NCBI RefSeq assembly: GCF_022773025.1
Contig: NZ_JALEZF010000064.1
Source: Clostridium sp.
Lineage (GTDB): Bacteria; Bacillota; Clostridia; Clostridiales; Clostridiaceae
Direction: 5' to 3' (one strand)
DNA: 64,000 nucleotides
Position numbers and translations under genes: made by a program. Positions 9,939-19,048 of the stretch are shown here, in pieces. The notes beneath the pieces are model-generated. The model saw only the letters and a program-made list of their open reading frames with translations. It was not told where the DNA came from and ran no database searches. Position 1 is the first letter of the stretch; every line of letters begins with the position of its first letter.

Positions 9939-11141
9939 TTGAAAAATGGAAGATGGATTCTCCTGATTTCTATTTTCTTTCTATTACTTTTAGGATTGTG
10001 CATCAGCCAGAAGGATAAGCTTTCTTTCTGGCTGTCATCTTTAAAGGAGAAGAGAGAAATAGAAAATCAAATTAACTCTATGAACTTAGATGAAAAAGTT
10101 GGTCAGCTTGTTATAAGCGGATTCAAAGGAGAAACTGTCAGCGAAGAATTAAAGGAACTTATCGAAAAATCTCATATAGGTGGAGTTATACTTTTCAGCT
10201 CTAACATAAAGGATTCAAATCAGCTTATAGAACTCACGAATTCCATAAAAGATATAAATATCATAAGTGACGGGATTCCTATATTTATATCAGTGGATCA
10301 AGAGGGAGGTAGGGTTTCTAGACTACCAAAGGACATTGAAAAATTTCCAAGTGCAGCGCATATAGGAGATCACGGAGATGAAAATTACAGTTATAAGGTT
10401 GGAAATGCATTAGGACAAGTGATAAAAACTTTTGGATTCAATTTAAATTTTGCCCCAGTATTAGATGTGGCAAGTAATCCAGAAAATAAAGTCATAGGAG
10501 ATAGAGCTTTTGGAGATAATGAAGATCTAGTGTGCCGAATGGGTTTACAGTTTATGAATGGACTAAGAAGTAGCAATGTAATTTCAGTAGTAAAACATTT
10601 CCCAGGACATGGTGACACAAAAGAAGATTCTCATTATGAGCTTCCATACTTAAATCATCATAAGGAAAGGCTTGATGCCATTGAGTTTGCGCCATTTAAG
10701 AAGGCTATAGAGAATGGAACTGATGGCATAATGGTAAGCCATATTGTTTTGAAAAACATAGATAATAAAAATCCAGCTACCATGTCAAAAGCTGTGGTCA
10801 CAGATATATTACGTAAAGAATTCAACTATGAGGGAGTTATATTCACAGATGATATAAATATGGGGGCTATAGCCAATAATTATCCTTTGAGGGATGCTGT
10901 TATAAAAACTATAGATGCAGGAGTTGACGTCATAGTAAGTTCTAAGGGAGTAGAAGATACAAAACTTATCATAGAAATCATAAAAGATGCCCTTAAGAAG
11001 GGTGATATTTCTGAAGAAAGAATCAAGGAAAGTCTTAATAGAATTTTAAAACTAAAATATAAATATAGTCTTGAAGATAAAAAGCTTTCCAATATAAATC
11101 TAGATAAGATTAATAGATTTATAAATGAAAATATAAAATAA
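9939..11141 (+). CDS. Glycoside hydrolase family 3 N-terminal domain protein (beta-N-acetylhexosaminidase, NagZ-like) with N-terminal anchor
   Basis: KHFPGHGDTKEDSH and VDQEGGRV motifs of GH3. Signal/anchor helix present. A TTG start is implied, so the start is uncertain. Confidence 0.8.
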   Translation: MKNGRWILLISIFFLLLLGLCISQKDKLSFWLSSLKEKREIENQINSMNLDEKVGQLVISGFKGETVSEELKELIEKSHIGGVILFSSNIKDSNQLIELTNSIKDINIISDGIPIFISVDQEGGRVSRLPKDIEKFPSAAHIGDHGDENYSYKVGNALGQVIKTFGFNLNFAPVLDVASNPENKVIGDRAFGDNEDLVCRMGLQFMNGLRSSNVISVVKHFPGHGDTKEDSHYELPYLNHHKERLDAIEFAPFKKAIENGTDGIMVSHIVLKNIDNKNPATMSKAVVTDILRKEFNYEGVIFTDDINMGAIANNYPLRDAVIKTIDAGVDVIVSSKGVEDTKLIIEIIKDALKKGDISEERIKESLNRILKLKYKYSLEDKKLSNINLDKINRFINENIK

Positions 11142-11181
11142 GAAAATCCATGAGGACTTCAAATCTTCATGGATTTTTCTT
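11142..11181. terminator. Bidirectional intrinsic terminator
   Basis: AAAATCCATGA...TCATGGATTTT forms an 11-bp stem flanked by A and T runs between convergent genes. Confidence 0.75.
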
Positions 11182-11212
11182 TAACATTATTTAATTTTGT
11201 GATTTTAAAATA

Positions 11213-11446
11213 TTAAGAAAGCCATAAGATTAAAAGTACGATTAAAGAAAAGATTAGATATATCACGCCTTCTATTTTAGTTAAAATTAAGGCATGATGG
11301 TTAGGCTCAGCATAATTATAAGAGTTAAATCTGTAGGAAAAGTCTATAAAGCCTTCAGTGTGAAATATAGCATAATAGGCGGGGATTCCAAGAGCTATGA
11401 GCACTAAAGAGCCAAATATTTTTCCCATTATCAAAATACTACTCAT
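11213..11446 (-). CDS. Small hypothetical membrane protein (77 aa)
   Basis: The internal ATG at 11446 is preceded by GAGAGGAG. Two predicted TM helices. The longer ORF-track start at 11533 has no RBS. Confidence 0.45.
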   Translation of the reverse strand: MSSILIMGKIFGSLVLIALGIPAYYAIFHTEGFIDFSYRFNSYNYAEPNHHALILTKIEGVIYLIFSLIVLLILWLS

Positions 11447-11566
11447 AAAAGACTCCTCTCTATAATAATATTTCCTTAATATTATTATACCATAAGGATT
11501 AGAAAAATGTTCTCCAAATAAATATAGTGCCACAAAAGCCCTTTCACTTTTGTGGCACTATATTAT

Positions 11567-12199
11567 TTATCTATTTCCGCCGAATAGCTTTGCTTTATAG
11601 TATTTGTCAGCACCGTATATTGCAGCAAGAGGATTATGACATAGTACTCTGTCTTTCACAGCAAAAACTGTTATTGGTGCATCAGAATGTTTTATAAATA
11701 GTGAATCATGACCTACACATAGTCCTAATAATATGTTTAAATCTGTGTGTGCTTCGTTTAGAAGGATTGCTTGGCCTATTGGATTACACATTGGTTCATA
11801 AGTTCCAGGTCTAACTTGTTCGGCATCAGTTATATTTATAAAAGATTTTGGAATGCTGCCATTCTTACAAACTATAGATTCAACTTCAAAGCCGTGATGA
11901 CGAAGTATGGAACAGAAAGTTTGAGCCTCTTTTATAAGTCCTATACAGAAAGCAACGCCTATTTTCTTATAACCACATTTATGAGCGAAATCTATTATCT
12001 CTTCTACCCTTGTCTTTTGGCAGTACCCTTCACTTTCCACCAATGCAGAATTGTGGGCTATATTTAGAGTTTCCTCATCCTTATAGTATTCTTTTATGTT
12101 ATTCTGTTCTTTTTCTAATCTGCATGGGCAGTTTAAAGGAGCATTTTCAATATCTCCATTTTTACAGTTATTTTGTTTACAAGAATCACAAGTATACAT
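11567..12199 (-). CDS. DUF1847 domain-containing Cys-rich (metal-binding) protein
   Basis: N-terminal CxxC..C..CPC cluster followed by a conserved C-terminal domain ending …CVGHD…CHNP. Family recalled from similar clostridial and archaeal proteins. Confidence 0.55.
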   Translation of the reverse strand: MYTCDSCKQNNCKNGDIENAPLNCPCRLEKEQNNIKEYYKDEETLNIAHNSALVESEGYCQKTRVEEIIDFAHKCGYKKIGVAFCIGLIKEAQTFCSILRHHGFEVESIVCKNGSIPKSFINITDAEQVRPGTYEPMCNPIGQAILLNEAHTDLNILLGLCVGHDSLFIKHSDAPITVFAVKDRVLCHNPLAAIYGADKYYKAKLFGGNR

Positions 12200-12284
12200 A
12201 AATTTGTCCCCCTTATGTTATAAAATTTGTCTTAACAGAAGATTGTAGGTGGCCTATTTGAAATTCAAATTTAGAAAATAAATT

Positions 12285-13115
12285 TTACTCTAAAATGAAT
12301 TTGTCTAAGGCTTTTGCTATACCACAACAACAATTAGTATCGGTTATATAATCAGCCATTGCTTTTATATCTTCAGATGCATTTCCCATTGCTATTCCGA
12401 GACCAGCACTTTGAATCATGGAAGAATCATTTTCGCTGTCCCCAAAGCATATGATTTCTTTTGGATCTATATTTAACGATTGGGCTAAGGCGTTAATGCC
12501 GCTAAATTTGCATATTCCCTTTGGGAGAATCTCAAGGTTAGTAGGACCGGAACTAGAAACCTCCAGATTACCAAAAGCAAGGATATCACGTCTTATATTC
12601 TCTATCATAGATAGGTCTTCTTTAAATAGAAATAGTGCCTTTAAAAGTTTTCCTGGAAATTTTTCAAAGGCTGTGCTTATATCATCTACAACATGAAATT
12701 TGATTTTTAAATCATCAGATATGGCAGTCTTATTAGTTTTTACGTGAGGATCATTTTCATCAAATGGAGTTATAGTAATAAGAGTGTCTGAGGTATTAAA
12801 AAGAAAATCTACATCATATTTTTTTATAATGGAACAGATATTATTAAACTGTTCTTTGTTTAAGGCAGCATTATATAGAGGCTTGTCCTCATCGTAACCT
12901 CTCACATAACCTCCGTTAGATGAAATTATATATGGAGCAATTCCTAGATCATGAGCATAGAATTTGGCTGAATTATATATTCTGCCGGTAGAGAATGCTA
13001 TCTTTATTCCATTATTATAAGCTTTTTTTATAGCTTCAGCATCACCAAAGGAAATTTCCTTATCATCATTTAATAGTGTGCCATCTAAGTCAGTGCAAAT
13101 TAGTTTATATTTCAT
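12285..13115 (-). CDS. Cof-type HAD-IIB family hydrolase (sugar phosphatase)
   Basis: DLDGTLL motif I, STGR motif II, GDSENDSSM motif IV. Confidence 0.85.
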   Translation of the reverse strand: MKYKLICTDLDGTLLNDDKEISFGDAEAIKKAYNNGIKIAFSTGRIYNSAKFYAHDLGIAPYIISSNGGYVRGYDEDKPLYNAALNKEQFNNICSIIKKYDVDFLFNTSDTLITITPFDENDPHVKTNKTAISDDLKIKFHVVDDISTAFEKFPGKLLKALFLFKEDLSMIENIRRDILAFGNLEVSSSGPTNLEILPKGICKFSGINALAQSLNIDPKEIICFGDSENDSSMIQSAGLGIAMGNASEDIKAMADYITDTNCCCGIAKALDKFILE

Positions 13116-13261
13116 TGTTAACCTCCTTTTGATTTATAAGAAAATTGTATATCAAATTATAAAATAATTCCATAAAATTCAGTATATAAGAGAATAAATA
13201 TGAAGAAGGAATGAATAATTTTGAAAATACTAAATAATGGAACTTAGGAGAATAGAAATTA

Positions 13262-13276
13262 ATATAATGATTATAG
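13262..13276. promoter_or_regulatory. PerR/Fur-type 7-1-7 box upstream of catalase
   Basis: ATATAATGATTATAG contains the perfect palindrome TATAAT-G-ATTATA and matches the B. subtilis PerR box TTATAATNATTATAA at 13 of 15 positions. It lies 23 nt upstream of the catalase ATG. Confidence 0.55.
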
Positions 13277-13298
13277 CTATAAAGCATTGGAGGAAATT

Positions 13299-14756
13299 AT
13301 GAGGGAGTATGAAAATAAAAATGTTTTAACAACCAATGAAGGGGCTCCTATAATGAACAATCAAAACTCACTAACTGTTGGAGATAGAGGGCCAGTTTTG
13401 CTTCAGGATATACAGCTTATAGAAAAGTTTGCTCAATTTGATAGGGAGAGGATTCCAGAAAGAGTTGTACATGCAAAAGGTGCTGGGGCTCATGGATATT
13501 TTCAAGTGTATAAACCTATGAAAAACTATACCATAGCGAGATTTTTACAAAATCCAGATGAAAAAACTCCTGTATTTGTGAGATTTTCCACAGTTATAGG
13601 TTCAAAAGGTTCCGCAGATACAGCAAGAGATCCTAGAGGTTTTGCAGTGAAGTTTTACACAAAAGATGGAAATTATGATTTGGCTGGAAATGATATTCCT
13701 GTGTTTTTTATAAGGGATGGTATGAAGTTTCCTGATTTGATTCATGCTCTTAAACCTGCACCAGATACTAATATTATTGATCAAAATAGAGTTTGGGACT
13801 TCTTTTCTAGTATGCCAGAAACTACACATATGATAACTTGGGTATATTCTGATAGGGGAACTATAAAGAGTTATAGAAGAATTGAAGGCTTTGGAGTTAA
13901 TACTTTTGTGTGGGTAAATGATAAGGGAGAGAGAAGATTCGTAAAATATCATTGGAAGCCAGCTTTAGGTGTTGAAACTATAGATAGAAAAGAAGCTGAA
14001 TTTTTGGCTGGAGCTGATCCAGATATTGCAACAAGAGATTTATATGATACTCTTAAAAAAGGTGAAACCGTAGAGTATGAGCTTCTAGTACAGCTTATGA
14101 GCACTAAAGAGGATTGCACGCTAGACTTCGATCCATTAGATGCAACAAAGTTGTGGCCAGAAGACAAATTCCCATTGATGAAGGTTGGAAGGCTTATATT
14201 GGATAGAGCACCTGAAAATTTCTTTGCTGAAGTAGAGCAAGTTGCTTTTTGTCCATCTAATCTTGTACCAGGAATAGAGATGTCTGCAGATAAGATGCTA
14301 CAAGGAAGACTTTTTGCATATAGGGATACTCAAAGATATAGAGTTGGTACAAATTTTGCACAGCTTCCAATAAATAGACCTAAGTGTCCAGTTAATAATA
14401 ATATTCAAGATGGTTCTATGCGGTATTTTGCAAAATCAGGTACGGTGAATTATGATCCAAATACCTTAGATGATGGAAATCCAAAGGAAGCAAAGGGTAT
14501 GATTATGCCGACAGAATATGTGTCAGGAAAAATTGAAAGAAAAACTATACCTAATACAGAGGATTTTAAACAGGCTGGAGATAGATATCGAGCTATGACG
14601 GATATAGAAAAAGAACATTTAGTAGACAATATAGCAAATGATTTGTGGCAGGCTAATGAAGAAATACAAATAAGAGCTATAGGAAATTTTACTAAGGCCT
14701 GTCCAGAATTCGGGAAAAGAGTAGCGAAGGCTCTAAAGATAGCGGATTATGAATAA
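13299..14756 (+). CDS. katA: Monofunctional heme catalase
   Basis: RERIPERVVHAKGAGAHGYF distal-His motif and RLFAYRDTQRYR proximal-Tyr motif. I prefer the ATG at 13299 (GGAGG RBS) to the TTG at 13287. Confidence 0.93.
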   Translation: MREYENKNVLTTNEGAPIMNNQNSLTVGDRGPVLLQDIQLIEKFAQFDRERIPERVVHAKGAGAHGYFQVYKPMKNYTIARFLQNPDEKTPVFVRFSTVIGSKGSADTARDPRGFAVKFYTKDGNYDLAGNDIPVFFIRDGMKFPDLIHALKPAPDTNIIDQNRVWDFFSSMPETTHMITWVYSDRGTIKSYRRIEGFGVNTFVWVNDKGERRFVKYHWKPALGVETIDRKEAEFLAGADPDIATRDLYDTLKKGETVEYELLVQLMSTKEDCTLDFDPLDATKLWPEDKFPLMKVGRLILDRAPENFFAEVEQVAFCPSNLVPGIEMSADKMLQGRLFAYRDTQRYRVGTNFAQLPINRPKCPVNNNIQDGSMRYFAKSGTVNYDPNTLDDGNPKEAKGMIMPTEYVSGKIERKTIPNTEDFKQAGDRYRAMTDIEKEHLVDNIANDLWQANEEIQIRAIGNFTKACPEFGKRVAKALKIADYE

Positions 14757-14767
14757 ATTAAAAGTGT

Positions 14768-14806
14768 ATGCTGTAAAGTGTGAAAATCATTTTACAGCAT
14801 TTTTTA
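14768..14806 (+). terminator. Intrinsic terminator after catalase
   Basis: ATGCTGTAAA...TTTACAGCAT forms a 10-bp stem followed by TTTTTA. Confidence 0.75.
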
Positions 14807-14932
14807 CAAATTAATTGAAGCATTGATAAAATGTGTTTTGAATAAATAGGGCACTTTAACACAAAATAAAATTGACCACGAAAACATTAAAGTATTAAAA
14901 ATATAATAATATACAGACTAGGAGGAAGAAAA

Positions 14933-15112
14933 ATGACAAATAAAGAGCTTTCTTATTTAGAAGACTGCTTAGGAGCAGAACAAGAGCTTCAAGCAAAATG
15001 CTTAGACTATGCAAATAGAGTTCAAGATACTGAGATGAAACAGTTATTAACTAGTTTGGCTTCATGTCATCAAAAACATTTTGGAACATTATTTACAGAA
15101 TTGAATAAGTAG
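14933..15112 (+). CDS. Small Coat-F-like / ferritin-like spore coat family protein (59 aa, below the ORF-track cutoff)
   Basis: AGGAGGAAG RBS 5 nt upstream of the ATG. Helical sequence …ELSYLEDCLGAEQEL…CHQKHF… pairs with the downstream Coat-F-like gene. Confidence 0.5.
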   Translation: MTNKELSYLEDCLGAEQELQAKCLDYANRVQDTEMKQLLTSLASCHQKHFGTLFTELNK

Positions 15113-15124
15113 GAGGATGGAAGA

Positions 15125-15391
15125 ATGAATAAGACAATGACAGATAAAGAATTATTAACTGATGTATTAACTTCTGAAAAATCCTTAGTATCCTTATATA
15201 ATCATGCTATCCAAGAAGCTGCTACAGAGTGCGTTCACTCAAACTTTGAGCAAGTATTTAATGAAGCTGTAAAAGATCAATATAAGGTATTTAAAGCTAT
15301 GGAACAAAAAGGATGGTATAAAGTAGAGCAGGCCCAAGAGCAGGCTGTAGAAAAAGCAAAAAATAAATTTACAAATAATATGAATGCCTAA
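15125..15391 (+). CDS. Coat F domain (spore coat protein F-like) protein
   Basis: DKELLTDVLTSEKSLVSLYNHAIQEA… is typical of the Coat_F family. GGAGGATGG RBS. Confidence 0.6.
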   Translation: MNKTMTDKELLTDVLTSEKSLVSLYNHAIQEAATECVHSNFEQVFNEAVKDQYKVFKAMEQKGWYKVEQAQEQAVEKAKNKFTNNMNA

Positions 15392-15442
15392 AAAGATTAA
15401 AATAAAATATGGTAAAGTAAGGATTTCTTAAAATGCAAAATG

Positions 15443-15528
15443 AAAAGGAGCCAACATGAGGTGTAATTTCAAGTGTTAGATATAGTATCCCTAACACTTG
15501 AGATTCACATCAAATGGCTCCTTTTTAT
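15443..15528. terminator. Long imperfect hairpin; bidirectional terminator between the Coat-F-like gene and queT
   Basis: Outer stem AAAAGGAGCCA/TGGCTCCTTTT (11 bp) encloses a further roughly 20-bp imperfect helix. A and T tracts lie on both sides. Confidence 0.7.
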
Positions 15529-16052
15529 AGTGATTCTAGCTTGTTTACACCATTTCTATTTTCTTTATTAATTAAAAGTACATCTACAAGATGTTTGTTT
15601 TTAAATAGTTTCTTAAATAATGGATATCCAACTATAGTCATAACTAAGAATTCTCCGATAAATATAGTTATCATATTAAATAATATAGGCTGATTTGCTA
15701 CTATATAAAGCTCTATAGGTACAACAATAGCATTTATAAGAGGCCATAAAGAAGCTACAAATAGATTTCTACTTTTATAAATCATATATGTGGAAATTAA
15801 AGTTGCAAGACTTCCAACAATAACGTCGATAAATCCGAAGCTGTACAAATTTGATATAGCGCAACCTAAAACAAGTCCTGGAATGTATAAAGGGTCTATA
15901 AAAGCTAAGAAATTTAAAAGTTCCGAAGGTCTAGCCTGAATTCCACCATAGGAAATTTCAGAAAATGCTATAGTCACAACACAATATAATGTGGCTACCA
16001 AAGATATTTTTGCTAGTGCGTTTACGGATATTTTTTTTGATGAGTTGTTCAT
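15525..16052 (-). CDS. queT: QueT family queuosine-precursor transporter
   Basis: 175-aa polytopic protein resembling the QueT family (…YGGIQARPSE…IPGL..GCA..NL…GSLATL…). A preQ1 riboswitch lies upstream. Confidence 0.8.
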   Translation of the reverse strand: MNNSSKKISVNALAKISLVATLYCVVTIAFSEISYGGIQARPSELLNFLAFIDPLYIPGLVLGCAISNLYSFGFIDVIVGSLATLISTYMIYKSRNLFVASLWPLINAIVVPIELYIVANQPILFNMITIFIGEFLVMTIVGYPLFKKLFKNKHLVDVLLINKENRNGVNKLESL

Positions 16053-16244
16053 AGATATAAATCCTCCTAATATATAGATTAATTAAGCCAAAATATTTGA
16101 AAATTAAGCTATAAAAATCTTAAAAAATAATTATTTAAGCCTTATGCAAATTAAAATCTAATGGGCCCCAAACTTATAATATACATAAGCTTAAATAGGA
16201 GAATTACATGCGACACAAAGAAACAAAGTTTATAAATACTTTGC

Positions 16245-16276
16245 AAAAAATAAAAAGTCTGTCTCAAAGACAGACC
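16245..16276 (-). terminator. Riboswitch expression-platform terminator (minus strand)
   Basis: On the minus strand, GGTCTGTCT-TTG-AGACAGAC is followed by TTTTTATTTTTT, about 70 nt downstream of the preQ1 aptamer. Confidence 0.65.
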
Positions 16277-16347
16277 TTTTAAAAGAATGAAAAATGCGCA
16301 AACAAAAGCTATATCGAAAAATGATACAGCATCCTACTTAAAAGGTG

Positions 16348-16387
16348 CCTTAGTTTTGTTTTAGGACAGGCGGCTTACGAACTGTCC
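16348..16387 (-). promoter_or_regulatory. preQ1-I riboswitch aptamer
   Basis: The minus strand reads GGACAG-UUCGUAAGCCGC-CUGUCC-UAAAACAAAACUAAGG: a 6-bp P1, a loop, and the A-rich tail ending ACUAAGG that is characteristic of preQ1-I. A TTGATT-17-TATAAT promoter sits at 16408-16436 (minus). Confidence 0.75.
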
Positions 16388-16484
16388 ATATTAAATTATC
16401 TTTTATAATTATACAAAGGTTATACCATTAAATCAAGAAATAAAATAAAAAATGTGAAATTTTAATAGGAAACTATAGATATAT

Positions 16485-16539
16485 TTGACAAAACTAAATA
16501 AGAGAGTTATTATCTAATTAAGATATTACTTAATTAGAT
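16485..16539 (+). promoter_or_regulatory. Sigma-A promoter with overlapping ArsR/SmtB-type palindromic operator
   Basis: TTGACA (16485-16490), 17 nt, TATTAT (16508-16513). Inverted repeat ATCTAATTAAG-N6-CTTAATTAGAT (16512-16539) overlaps the -10 region and the transcription start. Confidence 0.65.
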
Positions 16540-16550
16540 GGAGAAAACTT

Positions 16551-16919
16551 ATGGAAAATATAGTTCAAGCTTTTAAAGCTTTAGGTGATGAGAACAGATT
16601 AAAGATTTTAATAATACTTTCTCAAAGGAGAATCTGTGGTAAGGGAATAGCTAGACATTTAGGGTTATCAGAAGCAGCAGTGTCTCAGCATTTGAAAATT
16701 TTAAGAGAAGCAGATTTGATTTATGGTGAGAAGCATGGATATTATGTTAATTACAATTTAAGAGAAGAAAAGCTTCAGGAATTAGCGGGATTTGTAGATT
16801 ACATAAGAGATAGCAGGCTTGGTAAAAGATGCTACATAGATACTAACATTCCAAATGATTGCAATATTGCATGCAAGGCAAATAAAAATAAATGTTGTAA
16901 AAGAATTAAGGAGGATTAG
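16551..16919 (+). CDS. ArsR/SmtB family metalloregulator with Cys-rich C-terminal tail
   Basis: Winged HTH (…LGDENRLKILIIL…CGKGIARHLGLSEAAVSQHLKILREADLI…). The tail carries CNIACKANKNKCC. Confidence 0.85.
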   Translation: MENIVQAFKALGDENRLKILIILSQRRICGKGIARHLGLSEAAVSQHLKILREADLIYGEKHGYYVNYNLREEKLQELAGFVDYIRDSRLGKRCYIDTNIPNDCNIACKANKNKCCKRIKED

Positions 16920-16921
16920 TT

Positions 16922-17293
16922 ATGAGAATTTGTATACCAGTTGAAGAATTTAAAGGATTAGAAAGCGTTGCCTATGGACATTTTGGTTCAGCACCTTACT
17001 TTTTAATTTATGATTCAGAGACAAAAGAGATAAAGGGAATCTCAAATGGAGATTTAGGACATGAACATGGAAAGTGTCAGCCATTGAAAGCTATTGAAGG
17101 AGAGAAGGTTGATTTTGCCCTAGTAGGTGGGATAGGCAAAGGAGCTTTACTAAAATTAGAAACTGAAGGAATAAAAGTTTATAGAGCTGAACCTTTATCA
17201 GCAGAAGAAAACATAAGATTGTTTGGTGAGGATAAACTACAAAGAATAGGAGTACAAAATAGCTGTACTCATGATCATTGCGAAACTCATTAA
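16922..17293 (+). CDS. NifB/NifX-family (dinitrogenase FeMo-cofactor-binding domain) protein
   Basis: 123 aa. …HFGSAPYFLIYD… is the hallmark of the Nitro_FeMo-Co domain. Translationally coupled to the arsR-like gene. Confidence 0.75.
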   Translation: MRICIPVEEFKGLESVAYGHFGSAPYFLIYDSETKEIKGISNGDLGHEHGKCQPLKAIEGEKVDFALVGGIGKGALLKLETEGIKVYRAEPLSAEENIRLFGEDKLQRIGVQNSCTHDHCETH

Positions 17294-17300
17294 TAAAAGG

Positions 17301-17347
17301 GGCGCTATGCATATGGTGAAAATCATTTTGCATAGCGCCTTTTTTAT
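17301..17347 (+). terminator. Intrinsic terminator
   Basis: GGCGCTATGCA...TGCATAGCGCC forms an 11-bp stem followed by TTTTTTAT. Confidence 0.85.
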
Positions 17348-17419
17348 ATTTTATGAATAAATTTAGCTCAGGCAACAAAATATAGTTATATAACTTTACT
17401 ATATAAGGAGGACACACAT

Positions 17420-17920
17420 ATGAATAAGAGAAGAGTAATATCACTTTTCATGATTATGATACTATGTTTTGGAGTGACAGCGTCAGCAAAACCAGAAGAA
17501 AATAGAGGAGTAACCTTTATGGGAGAAGTAATAGAGGTGAAGAAAGATGGAGACAAGACTTCTCTTTTAGTTGAAGGATACTTAAAGGGATGCGATATAT
17601 ACAAAGAAAAACTTTTGGTACATATAACTGATGAAACTAAGATTAAGCTAGCTTGTGATGAAGAAGGCATGAAAGAACAAAAGGAAGATTGCAAAAAAGA
17701 AGAAAAAAGCCAAAATGTAAAGGACAGTAAAAAACAAGATGCAAAAGAAGAAAAGAAGCAAGATAGCAAAGACAGCAAGGATAAAGGAAACTCAGTTCAA
17801 CAAGTAAAGATAGATTTCACAAAAGGTGACACAGTCTTTATGGTATTAGATAAGGCTATGACAAAATCAATACCACCTCAAGTGAATGCAAAGTTCATCA
17901 AGGTTACAAAGGTTAAATAA
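17420..17920 (+). CDS. Secreted hypothetical protein with a K/E/D-rich low-complexity insert
   Basis: Signal peptide (…LCFGVTASA/KPE). Central repeats KKEEKSQNVKDSKKQDAKEEKKQDSKDSKDK. Strong AAGGAGG RBS. Confidence 0.55.
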   Translation: MNKRRVISLFMIMILCFGVTASAKPEENRGVTFMGEVIEVKKDGDKTSLLVEGYLKGCDIYKEKLLVHITDETKIKLACDEEGMKEQKEDCKKEEKSQNVKDSKKQDAKEEKKQDSKDSKDKGNSVQQVKIDFTKGDTVFMVLDKAMTKSIPPQVNAKFIKVTKVK

Positions 17921-18005
17921 TATATAAATAATTTTAAATTATCATAGTTGATTTTAACATTTGTAGATTATAAATTAGATAATATATAGATAGTTTCGAA
18001 TGAAT

Positions 18006-18046
18006 AAAAATAGACGACTGAAATTATGCAGTCGTCTATTTTTATT
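18006..18046. terminator. Bidirectional intrinsic terminator
   Basis: AAAAATAGACGACTG...CAGTCGTCTATTTTT forms a 15-bp stem between convergent genes. Confidence 0.85.
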
Positions 18047-19019
18047 ACACAAACAAATCTACTATTTTAAAATTAACCGTGCCTACTAGACCTTTATTGG
18101 TAAGTCTAAGTTCTGGAAGTACAGCTAGGGCTATAAGAGCCATAGTCATAAATGGAGATACTAAATCGCATCCAAGTTCTTTCCAGCCTTCATCTAGTTT
18201 CTCAACTAAATCAGCAACTATTTCAAAATCATAAGGGGTAAGAGTTTTACCTAGATTCATAGTTGATTTAGCGAAGTCAGGATAATCTTTTCTTGGTATA
18301 TCTATAATTAACTTTCCACTATCGCTTACTAATTCACCATTAATAAGCACCTTATCAACCTTTACTCTTGATAAATCATCTAATATAGCAATATCAGCAA
18401 GTTTTCCAGGAGATATAGAGCCTAAATCTCTGCTCACATTAAAACAATCAGCAACATTTATTGTAGTCATCTGTATTGCATTTATAGGATTTACACCTTC
18501 TTCAATAGCTCTCTTTACGATATGATCCATATGACCATACTCTATAAGTGTGTTTGCATGTCTGTCATCACTAACTAAAGTTACAAATCTAGTATCAAGA
18601 TTATTTTCTGTAACGCATCTTATGGTCTCCTTAACGTCATGCCAAGCAGAGCCTTCTCTAAGCTGAGCATACACACCTAATCTGATCTTTGCTAAAGCAT
18701 CTTCTTTTCTAACTGATTCATGACAGCAACTTACACCAGAATCTATGTAAGCATTGAGACCTGAACCAATTTCTGGCATTGAATAGTGTCCTGTTACAGT
18801 TTTATTATTTTTTAGAGTAGATTGGATTTTTCTATGAACTTCATCATCTCCATATAGGACTCCAGGGAAATTCATCATTTCTCCAAGACCGACGATATCG
18901 TCTGAAAGCATAGCTTCTCCTACATCATCATCATTACTCTCCTCCCAGTATAAGTATATTTTTTCTATTATACTACTTAATTCAAAAAAATCAAAACAAA
19001 TATGATATAATGAGTACAA
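18045..19019 (-). pseudogene. ade: Adenine deaminase remnant: N-terminally truncated and apparently carrying an internal deletion
   Basis: From …GLGEMMNFPGVL… onward it resembles the middle of adenine deaminase (…SGVSCCHES…, …GSISPGKLADIAILD…) and its extreme C-terminus (…PFMTMALIALAVLPELRLTNKGLV…). The N-terminal part of the protein, including the HxH metal site, and the core of the C-terminal domain are absent. The first roughly 45 codons are unrelated AT-rich sequence with no RBS. Confidence 0.6.
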
Positions 19020-19048
19020 AGAAAATTTTGTATAAGAGGATAAGTGAG

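Noticed and set aside
16208-16282. 24-aa plus-strand sORF (MRHKETKFINTLQKIKSLSQRQTF) with a good AGGAGA RBS, antisense to the queT leader and spanning the riboswitch terminator
   Set aside because: There is no promoter evidence on the plus strand. The peptide is neither hydrophobic nor toxin-like, and the terminator hairpin explains the sequence constraint. It is worth a glance in ribosome-profiling data but is not supportable from sequence alone.
18990-19019. Apparent overlap of the ade ORF start (19019, minus strand) with the GntR ORF start (19010, plus strand)
   Set aside because: Both ORF-track starts are probably wrong. The ade ORF's 5' end is non-homologous filler in a pseudogene, and the regulator most likely starts at 19049.
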